Shown here: positions 19,494 through 29,604 of the stretch, piece after piece
How the letters are laid out: each line of letters starts with the position of its first letter
How positions within the stretch are numbered: the stretch's first letter is position 1
DNA from: a virus
Length of the DNA: 64,000 bases
IMG/VR virus record: IMGVR_UViG_3300009082_000016
Location: 64,001-128,000 of that record
Reading direction: 5' to 3' (one strand)
Translations under genes and position numbers: made by a program
Notes under the pieces: model-generated
The model's database searches: none
What the model was told of the DNA's origin: nothing
Seen by the model: only the letters and a program-made list of their open reading frames with translations

Positions 19494-20735
19494 TCAGATG
19501 GAGGTCGGGAGACGGCTCGGGTCGATGGTGCCGGTGGTGACGGTCGATCCATGGGACGGCGGACCGCCCGGCGCCGACTCGAACGTCGACCCGGTGTCGG
19601 GCGGCAGGTCTTCCGGCAGGTGTGACACCCCGGGGTAGGACGACTCGGTCGGCAGGTCTTCGGGAAGGCGGCTGACGTTGATGGCCTCCGCCGCCTGACC
19701 GCCGTCGAGCACGTCCGGATCGTGCTTCTGGGTCTGCGGAGATTCCGTCGGGCGCAGGACGTACTCGTCCGTGTTGTCGTAGATCTTGCTGCGAAGTGGC
19801 AGGATCCGGTCCCGCATCCAGCCGGACGGACTCGCCGCCCGCTGGGTCTCACCCACGGCCCCGTACATCATGAACTGGTCGAGCGAGATCAGCTGGGGCT
19901 GGAAGGACTCGCTCGGCGGGATGTCGCCCGACATCGCCGCCTTCAGCAGCACGCCCAGCTTGTCGATCGACTTCAGGCCCATCCGCTCCCGCTCGTAGCG
20001 GATCTTGTTCAGCTGGTTGTTCTGGGCCCCCTTGTACTGGTCCAGGAATCCCTGGCGCTCGTCCTCCGTCATCTGCGCCAGTTGCTCGTACGCCTGCGGA
20101 TCGGCCAGGTCGATCACCTGCCGGTTGACCGGGAAGTCGAGCGAGTACGAGCAGAGCATCTCGAGCGACGTGACCAGCAGCGTCATGCTGAACGGCACGA
20201 GGTTGGGGACGTCCGACGTCTGGCTCGGCTGGTAGGAGATGGGGTAGCCCTCGAGCAGCACGCCGTCGTAGTACAAGTACAGCCGGGCGCCAGCTTCGGC
20301 CAGCTTCGTGCCGCGAATCAGCTCGTTGTAGTTCTTCCACATCTCCTCGGACCACGGGAAGTCCGGGGTATGCAGCAGGCCCCCGTTGAGCTGCGCCTGG
20401 ATCGGGTGCTGCCCGAAGAAGAAGACGTACGTCTCCCCGAAAGTCGGGACGACCTGGAACTTCTCCGTGCAGCTGAAGGAGAGCGCCTGGATGAGGTAGT
20501 TGGCATAGGACGCGCTGAGCGGCTGTCCGTCCATCCCCGCCCCGCTGGTGTTGTGGAACGGAAGGAGATTCCCGCTCTCGTTGACGACCCGCATGTACGA
20601 GTAGGTCGGCTCGCGGATCTCGATGCCACGAAGGGGACGGCGCACGGCCACGTCCACCGGCGCGTCCTGGACCTCCCCCAGGATCATCCGCTGGTTGATG
20701 GTGAAGGGATCGGTTTCGGCTTCCAGAAAAACCAC
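19494..20735 (-). CDS. Putative tail/baseplate protein (tube-initiator-like)
   Basis: Lies between tape measure-like and hub-like genes; EKFQVVPTFGETYVFFFG beta-rich N domain. Confidence 0.5.
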   Translation of the reverse strand: MVFLEAETDPFTINQRMILGEVQDAPVDVAVRRPLRGIEIREPTYSYMRVVNESGNLLPFHNTSGAGMDGQPLSASYANYLIQALSFSCTEKFQVVPTFGETYVFFFGQHPIQAQLNGGLLHTPDFPWSEEMWKNYNELIRGTKLAEAGARLYLYYDGVLLEGYPISYQPSQTSDVPNLVPFSMTLLVTSLEMLCSYSLDFPVNRQVIDLADPQAYEQLAQMTEDERQGFLDQYKGAQNNQLNKIRYERERMGLKSIDKLGVLLKAAMSGDIPPSESFQPQLISLDQFMMYGAVGETQRAASPSGWMRDRILPLRSKIYDNTDEYVLRPTESPQTQKHDPDVLDGGQAAEAINVSRLPEDLPTESSYPGVSHLPEDLPPDTGSTFESAPGGPPSHGSTVTTGTIDPSRLPTSI

Positions 20736-20743
20736 GGCCCCTC

Positions 20744-21004
20744 CTAGAACACCAGGCTCGTGCGGGCCAGGATGTCACGCAGCTTGCGCGGCGTGTCCGG
20801 GCGCTCGTAGCCGCGGCCCGTGTACAGCGAGAACAGGAACGCCTTGCCCATGTTGACGCTCACGTCGTCCACCGAGTACAGGTCGCGCAGGATGAGCGAG
20901 TGCATCCGCCGGTCGGACCCGAGGTAGCGCACGCGCTGCTCGATACGGCCCGTGAGCACGTCCGCCGGCGGGGCACCGGCCGGGATCAATCCGAAGTCGG
21001 CCAT
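20744..21004 (-). CDS. Hypothetical protein (tail module)
   Basis: 86 aa, overlaps the tape measure-like stop. Confidence 0.6.
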   Translation of the reverse strand: MADFGLIPAGAPPADVLTGRIEQRVRYLGSDRRMHSLILRDLYSVDDVSVNMGKAFLFSLYTGRGYERPDTPRKLRDILARTSLVF

Positions 21005-24000
21005 CAGCCGGCACCTCCTGAAGCCGCAGCGCCGCCCCCGCCCCCGCTGCGGCGGAGCACGGCCATGCCCAGCCCGCCGCTGCCGCCACCCGACGCGGTC
21101 CCCTGGGCGCCACCGGTCTCCGCAGATGAACCGGGCGTGGTGGGCGTTTTTCCACCAGTACCCCCGGTGGGCACTGCGGCAGCGGCCGCACCGGGAACGG
21201 TGACTTTCGTGAGGTCAATCTCCCAGGTGATCGCGCCAATGGCGTTGGCAATGTCCGTGGGCAACTGCTGCTGCGCCTGGGTCGCCTTGCTCTCCTGCTG
21301 CCGGACCCCCGAGGCGAAGCGGCCGTAGATGTCGCCGACCTGCCGCCCGAGAGCCCCCTGATCGAGCCCCTTGCCGGTCTCGAGGTACTTCCGGACATCG
21401 ACCCCGGATCCACCAAGTCCCGCTTCCTGGGCTGCCGTGGTGAGAGCTTCGACGCTGGCCCCCTGCAGACCGCTGACATCCCGGACCCTGCCGATGACGT
21501 CGAGCAGGGCCTTCCGACGCGCATCCGTACTCCCACGGCCGGCACGCTGGAGGCGGCGCAGGCTGTTACCCGCCCCCTCGACCGCGGCGAGGGCGTCGGT
21601 ATAGCCAACCGCCGACAGGGCGCCGAGCCGGCGCTGGTGTTCCTTCGGGTCGGAGCCGGCATAGACGTTGGCAACGAGCTCGCCGACACGGCCGGGATCG
21701 ATCGTATCCCCCGCCAGGCCGGAAAGGGTGCCGACCAGATTCCCGAGAGCGGGATCGCTTTTCGCGAGCTCCTTGAGCTTGTCGACCTGCTCCGGGCTCG
21801 CACCGAACATCGTCTTGGTGGCCTTCGAGACGTCCTGCCAACCGATGACAGCATTCCCCCGGCCGATCATCAGCGTGGCGTTGAGCGCCTCGCGGACACC
21901 GTCATCCCCACCACGGTTCAAAGCCTCCTGGATGGGACCCTGTTCCATGATCTCGTCGACCTGGGCCCGGCTGAGCCCCTTCCCCTCAAGGGCCGCCAGG
22001 AAGATGCCGCGAGAATCCGCCCCAGGTTGCACAGCACTCTTTCCCGCCGAGAGCAGATCGTCGGCACTCTTGCCGAACAAGGCACCACCCTTCTGCTCCG
22101 TGAGCTCCATCATCTTCCCGGAGAGGTCGGACGTCGCACGCAGGAAGCCGCGGATCTTCGACATCTCCCACGAGACGACGTCCTTGCCCTTGCCCTCCGT
22201 CCGGAACATGCCGCGGAGCGCCTGGTCGTAGGCGTCACCGCCCTGGCCCATGAGCGGCCCGCCCTTCAGAAGCTCCTGGTAGGAGAACGCGCCGATGCCG
22301 AGCTCACCAGGCTTGAGCCAACCCTTCTCGATCGCCTCGCGCTCTTCCGGCTTGAGCACCTTCCCCATCGCGAGCTCGGCGGCCTGCTGGTAGACCTGAC
22401 CCGAAATCTGGTTCCGCGTGACCTTCGTCAGATCGTAGCCGCGCTCCGCCATGGTCGTCTGGAGGTTCTGAACGATGCCCTGCATCTCCGCCTGGGTGAC
22501 TTCCACCTTCCGACCCAGGATGCTGAACTCCTGCGTTCCCGTCCACAGCTCGGAAATGCCCTTGGCTGCGGAGTAACCTTCGCTCTCCACGTTGTACGTC
22601 CCTGAACGAATGTCCGTGGCAATCTGCTCGGCGCGTCTCTGCATGAACGAGGCGTGCCGCTCCGCGCTCGCCGTCGTCTCGTCGACAGCGCCCGCGATCG
22701 GCCGCAGCCACTGCGACATGGCCCCGCCCCGCATCGCGTTCGCCTGCCGCAGCATGGCATCGTGCCGTTCGGACGAAACGCCGGTGGCGTGGGCCTGCGC
22801 TTCCAGCTCCTTGGCCTTGCGGAAGGTTTCCGTGACCTGGGAGGGGATCTCGCCGATGAGCTGACCACCCCAGTTCGAGGTCAGGGACGACAGCCCCGTG
22901 TACACGGCTTTGGCCTGCTGTTCGAGACGATGCTGCTCGTGCCACGGCAACTTCTCGAGCTGCTTCTGGGCTTCCGTGATAGCGGCGTTGACATCACCCG
23001 TCGCCCCGACGATGTACGAACCGGCATTGAGCATCCGGGCCTGGGTCTGAAGCGTCGCAATCTGGTTGGGGTCCGTGATTCCAGGAGCCACCGGCCCGGA
23101 GAAAGTGGAAAGACCCGGCCCGGCCCCCGCGCCCGCAGCCTGGTAGCGGCTCATGATGCCCTGGATCTGCTTCGACGAGCCGGGCCGGAACATCATGTCC
23201 TGCAGCGGGGCCGCAAGCCACGAGTCCGCCGCATCCACGGCGGCGCCCATCCGCTCCATCATCAGCTGCTCGAACGACTTCTGGACCTGCTCGCCCTTCT
23301 GCTCGAGCTTCTGGACCCAGCCCTGCACCCGCTCCTGGAACCCGCGCATGAACTGCGGGCCGCCGGCCTGCATGTTGCGGGCAAAGTTGGAGGACGCCTG
23401 CCGGGCGCGAATGTTGTTCGCCTGCTCTTCGATGCGGATGGTGTCGATGTTCTGGATCATCTCCGCATACGGCGCGACCTGCTCGGCGTTCATGCCCGTG
23501 AGCCGCCCCAACGTGATGCGCCCACGGCTGCTGGTCACGTCGTCGATGCCCCGCTCCTGGAGGACGTTGCGGTACATCAACATCTCGGCGTACGGCTCGG
23601 CCTGCATCATGTTGGAGGCGAGCTTGCCGCGGTTCGCAACCCAGTTGGCCTGACCGTACTGCCCCGCCCGGCGGGAGGCCTGACGCTGCAGCTCACCCAT
23701 CGAGAGCGTGCCGCCACGCAGCCCGGCCATCATCTCCTGATCGACGCCGCCCGTCGTCGGGTCAAGCATCGCCGCCGTGAGCCAGGCGCCGCGGCTGCTG
23801 TGCCGCATGCGCTGCGACATCTGCCCCAGGAACTGCGAGCCCATCGCCTGGATGCCGCCCTGCTCAGGGGACATGCCCGTCGCCTGGAACACGTCCTCGG
23901 GGTTGAGGATGCCGAGGTTGTAGGCCGTGCCCATCGTGCGCTGCATCATCAGGGACGCGCCCATCGCCTGGGGGGCGCGGATGCCGGCCTGCATCATGCC

Positions 24001-24744
24001 GGGCAGCGCCTGCTGCATGCCCTGCATCACCGCCTGCGGGCTCATCCCCGTGCCGTAGGCGACGCCCTGGACCTGCGACAGCGCGTTCGCGCCGGCCTGC
24101 CCGAAGAGGCCCATGCCGCGCACCTGCTGCATGAGCGCCATCGACTCCTGCAGCGACGTGCCGAGCGTCTGCGTGACCGTCTTCACCGCCTGGAGCAGCT
24201 CGGTGAACTTCTGCTTGAAGTCGCTGACCGTGCGCGTCGCCTGGAACGCGCCCATCTGCGTGCCGGCGCCGATGATCTGCGACAGCTCGCCCATCGTCGC
24301 CTGCGGCATGACCTGCTGCTGCTTGACCTGCTGGAAGATGGCCTCGCGCTCCTGGAAGCCGAAGCCCTGGCCCATCGGGCCGCCGCCGCCCGGGAAGGCG
24401 ATCTGCCCGATCGCCCCCATCACGTTCGCCCGGTTCATCGCGCCCTGGGTGATGGCACCGAGAATCGGGGTCTGCGGGGAGATGAGCGAGCCGAGGACGG
24501 CGGGGCCCATCTGCTGCGCTGCCTGCAACCCGGCGGGCGTCTGCGGGCCGTACATCAGGCCCTGCATCAACGTCGGCCAGATCGGCGGGGGTGCCATGTT
24601 CTGCTGCCCCATCATGGCCAGCTGCATGATCTGGGCGGAGCTCATCACGGTCGGTGGCGTTCCCACGTCGGCTATCCTAGCACCGAACGGCGGCAAAGAA
24701 GAAGGGGCCCTCACCAGGGTCCTCCCTTCCCACGAACCGGGCAC
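21004..24744 (-). CDS. Tape measure-like protein (true start may be ~24645-24666)
   Basis: 1246 aa, A/G/Q/M-rich, helical; upstream of hub/baseplate genes. Confidence 0.65.
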   Translation of the reverse strand: MPGSWEGRTLVRAPSSLPPFGARIADVGTPPTVMSSAQIMQLAMMGQQNMAPPPIWPTLMQGLMYGPQTPAGLQAAQQMGPAVLGSLISPQTPILGAITQGAMNRANVMGAIGQIAFPGGGGPMGQGFGFQEREAIFQQVKQQQVMPQATMGELSQIIGAGTQMGAFQATRTVSDFKQKFTELLQAVKTVTQTLGTSLQESMALMQQVRGMGLFGQAGANALSQVQGVAYGTGMSPQAVMQGMQQALPGMMQAGIRAPQAMGASLMMQRTMGTAYNLGILNPEDVFQATGMSPEQGGIQAMGSQFLGQMSQRMRHSSRGAWLTAAMLDPTTGGVDQEMMAGLRGGTLSMGELQRQASRRAGQYGQANWVANRGKLASNMMQAEPYAEMLMYRNVLQERGIDDVTSSRGRITLGRLTGMNAEQVAPYAEMIQNIDTIRIEEQANNIRARQASSNFARNMQAGGPQFMRGFQERVQGWVQKLEQKGEQVQKSFEQLMMERMGAAVDAADSWLAAPLQDMMFRPGSSKQIQGIMSRYQAAGAGAGPGLSTFSGPVAPGITDPNQIATLQTQARMLNAGSYIVGATGDVNAAITEAQKQLEKLPWHEQHRLEQQAKAVYTGLSSLTSNWGGQLIGEIPSQVTETFRKAKELEAQAHATGVSSERHDAMLRQANAMRGGAMSQWLRPIAGAVDETTASAERHASFMQRRAEQIATDIRSGTYNVESEGYSAAKGISELWTGTQEFSILGRKVEVTQAEMQGIVQNLQTTMAERGYDLTKVTRNQISGQVYQQAAELAMGKVLKPEEREAIEKGWLKPGELGIGAFSYQELLKGGPLMGQGGDAYDQALRGMFRTEGKGKDVVSWEMSKIRGFLRATSDLSGKMMELTEQKGGALFGKSADDLLSAGKSAVQPGADSRGIFLAALEGKGLSRAQVDEIMEQGPIQEALNRGGDDGVREALNATLMIGRGNAVIGWQDVSKATKTMFGASPEQVDKLKELAKSDPALGNLVGTLSGLAGDTIDPGRVGELVANVYAGSDPKEHQRRLGALSAVGYTDALAAVEGAGNSLRRLQRAGRGSTDARRKALLDVIGRVRDVSGLQGASVEALTTAAQEAGLGGSGVDVRKYLETGKGLDQGALGRQVGDIYGRFASGVRQQESKATQAQQQLPTDIANAIGAITWEIDLTKVTVPGAAAAAVPTGGTGGKTPTTPGSSAETGGAQGTASGGGSGGLGMAVLRRSGGGGGAAASGGAG

Positions 24745-24829
24745 GCTCGACCGCGAGTCCCCGGGCGACTATGTCGCCGGCTTCCGCTTCACGGAACGCC
24801 TCAGAACGACGGGGACGGTCGGTAGACGA

Positions 24830-25210
24830 CTAGAGGCTGGCGCCCGAGAGCATGTCGGTCACCTCGGCCGGCAGGCCGGCGTGGCGGCCGACCTCCAAAA
24901 GGAAGTCGGGGTCCACGCCCTCGAAGAGGGCGTGGATCTTGTCGAGGCGGGGAGCCGAGAACGGGGCGGGCGGCCTCGGCCGCTGCCAGCCGCCCTCGAC
25001 GGCCCGCTTGTCGTCGAGGTTGTAGTACGCCACGTCCCGGGCGTGCTTGGCGGCGGCGATGACCGCCTTTGAGAAGAGCTTCATGCCCTCCTCGACGCGG
25101 TCGGCGTTGTCACGGGCCGACTCGATGGTCCGGAGGGCCAGCTTCTGGCCCTCCTCGGTGTCCCAGCGGACGACGGCGGTGGTGGGGGTGGGGGTGTTCT
25201 TGTTGGCCAT
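24830..25210 (-). CDS. Hypothetical protein
   Basis: MANKNTPTP start; helical. Confidence 0.6.
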   Translation of the reverse strand: MANKNTPTPTTAVVRWDTEEGQKLALRTIESARDNADRVEEGMKLFSKAVIAAAKHARDVAYYNLDDKRAVEGGWQRPRPPAPFSAPRLDKIHALFEGVDPDFLLEVGRHAGLPAEVTDMLSGASL

Positions 25211-25546
25211 GGTACTCTCACCTGCCACGGTGACGCGCCCAGAAATCGGGCTATGTCCACCGCGCATGGCCCACGTCAGCGGCATCGAACCGCCACGCCT
25301 CCGCTTCACGAAGGCGCCCGGACTCGGTACGTGGATTGGATGGGAACGATCAGCCCTTCGCGGGCGGAGCGTGGTCGCAGCCCCAGCAGTCGCTGGACGG
25401 GTAGCAGCCCCAGGGGCATGAGGGGCCGGCGGGCTCGGGGTAGAAACGGGCTTCGTCAGCCCGCTCCATCTCCTCCTTCTCCGCCAACTCCTGCTCTTCC
25501 GCCTGGTCGGCGGCGAGCTGATCGAGGCACTCTCGGCAGACGCACA

Positions 25547-25813
25547 TCAGTTCACCTCCTCGGGCCGGCGCACGGGAGAGACGATGTCGGGCGGGTTGAG
25601 GGCGGCGGCGAGAGAAGCATTCTCAACCATCACGAGCTGCGCCTTCAGCTCCTGCTCGACCTTCTCGAGCTCGAGAAGCCGCTTGTAGCCCAGACTTTGC
25701 TGCTCGAGCGTGAGCCGACCCGCAAGGCGCTTGAGCAAGGTCTCGAGACTGTCGATCGCCCCACGGGCAGAACGGATCCGTACCCGGAGGATGTCCTTCG
25801 TGGAATACATCAC
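25547..25813 (-). CDS. Hypothetical coiled-coil protein
   Basis: Overlapping start/stop packing. Confidence 0.55.
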   Translation of the reverse strand: MMYSTKDILRVRIRSARGAIDSLETLLKRLAGRLTLEQQSLGYKRLLELEKVEQELKAQLVMVENASLAAALNPPDIVSPVRRPEEVN

Positions 25814-26262
25814 AGCACCTTCCAGCCGAAGGCTCGCGCCCGGCCAATCTGGTCGTCCGTAGACCAGTGTGTCAGGAGCGTTAGGATGGGACGACCATCG
25901 TCGTGGTCGAAGATGCCGACGACATGGCTTGCCGGTTCACCACCGACCAGCCGCTTTGCCTCGTACTCACGAAGCTTGGCCACGATGGCCTGCGAGTACG
26001 AGCCGGGGTGCTGGTCGAGCACCACGCAGATCTGGACCTCGAGCCCGTGGTCGTTCCAGCAGTCGAAGAACGGGGCCAGGAACTCGACCCCGCCGATCTC
26101 CTCGATGGTCTCGAGCGTCTCCTTCGCCCAGGACCTGGACGGATCGCCCTTTCGGGCCCAGTTCTCCAAGGCCTTCCGGATGCCGTCGGCGTCCGTCTTG
26201 CCCTGGGCGTCGGGCTCCCGGGGGACGGGAGCGGGAGGGGGGACGAGCTGCAGGTGCGCCAT
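25810..26262 (-). CDS. Hypothetical protein
   Basis: AAGGAG SD; downstream of a class A promoter. Confidence 0.6.
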   Translation of the reverse strand: MAHLQLVPPPAPVPREPDAQGKTDADGIRKALENWARKGDPSRSWAKETLETIEEIGGVEFLAPFFDCWNDHGLEVQICVVLDQHPGSYSQAIVAKLREYEAKRLVGGEPASHVVGIFDHDDGRPILTLLTHWSTDDQIGRARAFGWKVL

Positions 26263-26315
26263 GGCGTAGCTCCTTCACCAACAGGGGAAAGGGAGCAGCA
26301 ATCCCCTCCTGTTGG

Positions 26316-26349
26316 CATAGTTCTTATGCCCGTTCGAGCGGTCTTTTTT
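26316..26349 (-). promoter_or_regulatory. Putative phage promoter, class A (AAAAAAG-N15-ATAAG-N4-ATG)
   Basis: Matches 12833-12867. Confidence 0.5.
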
Positions 26350-26420
26350 GCAGCTATTTTGGCTGAAAAAGACGAGGCTGCCGCCGACGTCGGATGAGCC
26401 TTCCCCCAGGAGCCTCCGGG

Positions 26421-26651
26421 CTACGCGGCAGCGGCTTCGAGCGTCTCCATCCGGTTCCGGACCTGCCGGTACCGGCGGCTCAGCTCCTTCCGCTCCGCGT
26501 TGAGCCGCTCCAGCTCCCCATCAATCTCGCCCATGGGGGCGACGTTGATGACGTCGTGAGCCAGGTCGATGATCCGCAGGAATCCCTGCCGGATCTCTTC
26601 CAGCTCACCACCCAGCCGTCGCAGCTCGCTCTGTCGCTCCATGGTGCCCAC
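26421..26651 (-). CDS. Hypothetical coiled-coil protein
   Basis: AGGAGG SD. Confidence 0.6.
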   Translation of the reverse strand: MGTMERQSELRRLGGELEEIRQGFLRIIDLAHDVINVAPMGEIDGELERLNAERKELSRRYRQVRNRMETLEAAAA

Positions 26652-26669
26652 GGCACCCTCCTAATGTTC

Positions 26670-26697
26670 AGTGTACGTGCGAGTGGGAGGATGTCAA
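26670..26697 (-). promoter_or_regulatory. Host sigma-70-type promoter
   Basis: TTGACA-N16-TACACT in intergenic DNA. Confidence 0.55.
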
Positions 26698-26710
26698 CTG
26701 GAACGTGCAG

Positions 26711-27094
26711 TTAGGTGGCAGGCTCTTCGGAGGCGGGTTCATCCTTCGCCCCCTTCCCCTTCTTCTTGCCTGCCTTTTCGGCCGGCTCGGGAAGGGGGGT
26801 CACAACAGCCTCCGACTTCTTGACCGCGGGCTTCACGACCGACCACCCGCTGAGCTCGTGCTGGGCGTGCTCCAGGAAGGCGATCAGCGCCTCGATGTCG
26901 TTGAGCACCTCCTGGATGATGTTCGGGTCGGCTGCCTCCTGAAGATGCTCCTTCACGTGGAAGGAGATGTCGCTCCAGACGGCGTGCGCGTTCTTCAGGC
27001 GGTCGAGCGCGTTGAGCACCGACTGGATGTCCTTGGCTTCGGCCGCCGTCTGCTGCAGGCGCCGAATGTGCTCGAAGTAGATGTTGGGTTGCAT
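26711..27094 (-). CDS. Hypothetical protein
   Basis: 127 aa, helical with a low-complexity tail. Confidence 0.6.
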   Translation of the reverse strand: MQPNIYFEHIRRLQQTAAEAKDIQSVLNALDRLKNAHAVWSDISFHVKEHLQEAADPNIIQEVLNDIEALIAFLEHAQHELSGWSVVKPAVKKSEAVVTPLPEPAEKAGKKKGKGAKDEPASEEPAT

Positions 27095-27097
27095 GTC

Positions 27098-27682
27098 CTA
27101 CTCCTCCCGGGTCGCCTTGCGCGTCCGGGCCTTCACCTGATCGAACGACAACCGCTCGGGGCCGAAACCCAGCACGCGCTTCTCGTAGGTGTACATGTAC
27201 TTGGGGATGAGAAGCAACCGCTCGGCGAACAGGTAGCCGTAGTGCGTCAGCCGCCACATCCCCTTCATCTCCTCGCTCGGCTCGGCCTCCCGGGACTGCG
27301 GCTCGATCAGCTTCCAGGCCCAGTTGCACGATCCGCCGAGACGCGCCCGCAGCTTCTGCTTCTCCGTCAAGCCCGGCAAGGTCATCACGTAGTCGGGCAG
27401 GTTGACCCATGCGTACTCGGACGCACCGCTCTTGTCGTGGTCATCGTGCAGGCCTTCGCAGATGGAGGCGAAGTTCCAACGGGCGCCGTTGCGCTGGATG
27501 GAGACGGAGCCGTCGATCACGCGCAGGGCAGCTTTGCCCTTCTCGATCAGCGCGTCGTTGATCTCCGCCCGGATGGCGTTGACCTCGGGCGTCTCGAACG
27601 GGTTGGGAGCGACCAGCGTGAGAGTCCGCATCTTGGGCTCCCACAGGGGGAACAGGTCCGCCGGCTCCGGCTCGAAAGTCAC
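27098..27682 (-). CDS. Hypothetical protein
   Basis: GTG start with GGAGG SD. Confidence 0.55.
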   Translation of the reverse strand: MTFEPEPADLFPLWEPKMRTLTLVAPNPFETPEVNAIRAEINDALIEKGKAALRVIDGSVSIQRNGARWNFASICEGLHDDHDKSGASEYAWVNLPDYVMTLPGLTEKQKLRARLGGSCNWAWKLIEPQSREAEPSEEMKGMWRLTHYGYLFAERLLLIPKYMYTYEKRVLGFGPERLSFDQVKARTRKATREE

Positions 27683-27719
27683 GGCGCCTCCCGCTTGCAG
27701 CCCTGGCACCTGTCGGCCA

Positions 27720-27995
27720 TCAGTTCTTCTCCCTGCTCCCCTTACTGGGGAAGCCCGCCACCTCCGGCTTCAACACGATCTCGTACGCGATGTTGTTCGG
27801 ATCTCCGGTCTCCTTGAACTCGATCGACTCGCACTTCAGGCGGCGGAACGGACTGGGCGCCTGGTCGACCATCTCCGCCTCTCCGTAGTGGCCGCAGTCG
27901 GAGCAGGAGACGTGCTTCGCCGTGCCCATCACCCACAGGACATGGCCGGAGCCGCACGCCGGGCAGGTGGGGTACTTCACCGGCCCTTGCCCCAC
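27720..27995 (-). CDS. Zinc-ribbon protein
   Basis: CPACGS...CSDCGH. Confidence 0.6.
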   Translation of the reverse strand: MGQGPVKYPTCPACGSGHVLWVMGTAKHVSCSDCGHYGEAEMVDQAPSPFRRLKCESIEFKETGDPNNIAYEIVLKPEVAGFPSKGSREKN

Positions 27996-28228
27996 TTCCT
28001 AATCGTGTTGACGCTCATCAGGTAGAGACCCCGGTCCACGCTCAGCACCACCCGCTCCCCCTTCGAGTTGATGGTGACGAGCTCGTACTGGATCTCGCCC
28101 TTCCCCTTCGGGGTGATCCGGAAACGGCCGGGGTTGTCCGGGTCCGGGATCGACTCGTGCTCGACCCACGCCCGGGCTTCGACGATCGGCCCCAACGAGC
28201 CCTCGTCCGGTTTCCCGCTGATGATCAT
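27977..28228 (-). CDS. Hypothetical protein
   Basis: 83 aa, tightly packed. Confidence 0.55.
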   Translation of the reverse strand: MIISGKPDEGSLGPIVEARAWVEHESIPDPDNPGRFRITPKGKGEIQYELVTINSKGERVVLSVDRGLYLMSVNTIRKWGKGR

Positions 28229-28572
28229 CCCTTCTTCTCCAGCTTGTCGATCTCCAGACTCACCACCTTCTCCGGCTCATCGAGCGACTTCTCCAGCTCT
28301 GCGCCAACCTCCTGCAAGTAGCCGGCCAGACGGCGCAGGCGGAGCAGACCGCGCCGCGCTTCGTAGAAGCTCCCACTGGCCGGCACCAGGTACCCGTCCC
28401 GGATGATGGAGATCACCGTGTCGAGATCGAACTCGAACGGGACTTCGCTGTAGCCGAGGTAGCCCTCCATCAGAGCGTACAGCTCGGGGCTGAGTGGGTC
28501 ACGCTCGCCCTGCGCGTTCGCCCGCCAGCTGACCAGCTTCTGAACGAACGCGAATGCCTGCTCACGGGTCAC
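28225..28572 (-). CDS. Hypothetical protein
   Basis: GTG overlapping the upstream stop. Confidence 0.55.
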   Translation of the reverse strand: MTREQAFAFVQKLVSWRANAQGERDPLSPELYALMEGYLGYSEVPFEFDLDTVISIIRDGYLVPASGSFYEARRGLLRLRRLAGYLQEVGAELEKSLDEPEKVVSLEIDKLEKKG

Positions 28573-28793
28573 AGGCCTTCCCCCTCGCGGAACTTCCACT
28601 GCTCGTCTTCGTAGTACCACTCCAGCCAGCGGCCGGAGTCCAGGAAGAAGATCGTCACCCGCTCGTCGTCGACCGGCTCTTTCAGCTTCCGCATGGTGCC
28701 GGCCTCGGTGATCGCAACATCGAAATCGATCACGTCCTTGGAGGCGTGCGGGGTATCCGAGAACGGGTGCCACCGGGTCACGTTGAAGTTCAT
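28569..28793 (-). CDS. Hypothetical protein
   Basis: 74 aa, tightly packed. Confidence 0.55.
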   Translation of the reverse strand: MNFNVTRWHPFSDTPHASKDVIDFDVAITEAGTMRKLKEPVDDERVTIFFLDSGRWLEWYYEDEQWKFREGEGL

Positions 28794-28797
28794 CGCC

Positions 28798-29163
28798 CTA
28801 CTCCCGAATCCACTGCCGGGCGATCTCGCAGAGGGCGATGAACACGGCGTCCTTGTCCCGCTCCAGCTCGCCGAGGTCGGCGTACGGCACGAGGTCCGGG
28901 TGGACCTTCTTCTCCCGGTCGTACTTCTCGCCGTACACCCAGCCCATTGCGAAGTACGACTGCATCCAGCTGCCGTGCAGCTCTTCGGGCGACTTCGACC
29001 GCTGCTCGCCGCACTGCCGCTCGATGACCTTGATGAACTGGTCCTTGAACGGCTGCTCCCGGTCCCGCCAAGCCGACGGGATGACGGGAGCGTGCGCTGC
29101 GATTGCCGCCAGCCGGGCCGCCTCGTAGACGAAGATCGCCCGCTCGACCATCACGTCGCCCAT
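28798..29163 (-). CDS. RyR-domain protein
   Basis: SPEELHGSWM...GWVYGEKYDREKKVHPDLVPYADL...RDKD. Confidence 0.85.
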   Translation of the reverse strand: MGDVMVERAIFVYEAARLAAIAAHAPVIPSAWRDREQPFKDQFIKVIERQCGEQRSKSPEELHGSWMQSYFAMGWVYGEKYDREKKVHPDLVPYADLGELERDKDAVFIALCEIARQWIRE

Positions 29164-29166
29164 CGA

Positions 29167-29601
29167 CTAATCCTTCCCCATCAGCCAAAGGATGGCCATG
29201 GGGTCCTTGCACTTCACGGAGAGGTAGGAGGAGTAGACCAAGCCGCTCCGCAGGTGCTTCTTGGCAAACTCCATCAGCTTCCTCCGGGCCACGGTACCCC
29301 CGAAGTGGCCCCGCTTCAGGCAGTCAACCGAGCAGAAGTTGAGGGAGATGCCCGTGGGGATGTTGCCGAGCCGCTTGACCATGGCCTCCATCTTCTTCGT
29401 GCTTTGCTTGAGCTTCCTCAACACCTCCTTGGTGTCCTTGGAGCTAATGAGGTAGATGGTCTCACAGTGAGGACGCTCAGCCACGACGTGGAGGGAGACC
29501 GAGAGATCCGGGTCCCACTTGAACTCCCGGCCGCAACCGTCGCACTTCGGATTCTCCGTGAGCGTCTTCTTGTTCTCCGGCTTCTTGCTCTTCACGGTCA
29601 T
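29167..29601 (-). CDS. Hypothetical Zn-binding protein
   Basis: CDGC...FCSVDC. Confidence 0.55.
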   Translation of the reverse strand: MTVKSKKPENKKTLTENPKCDGCGREFKWDPDLSVSLHVVAERPHCETIYLISSKDTKEVLRKLKQSTKKMEAMVKRLGNIPTGISLNFCSVDCLKRGHFGGTVARRKLMEFAKKHLRSGLVYSSYLSVKCKDPMAILWLMGKD

Positions 29602-29604
29602 CGG

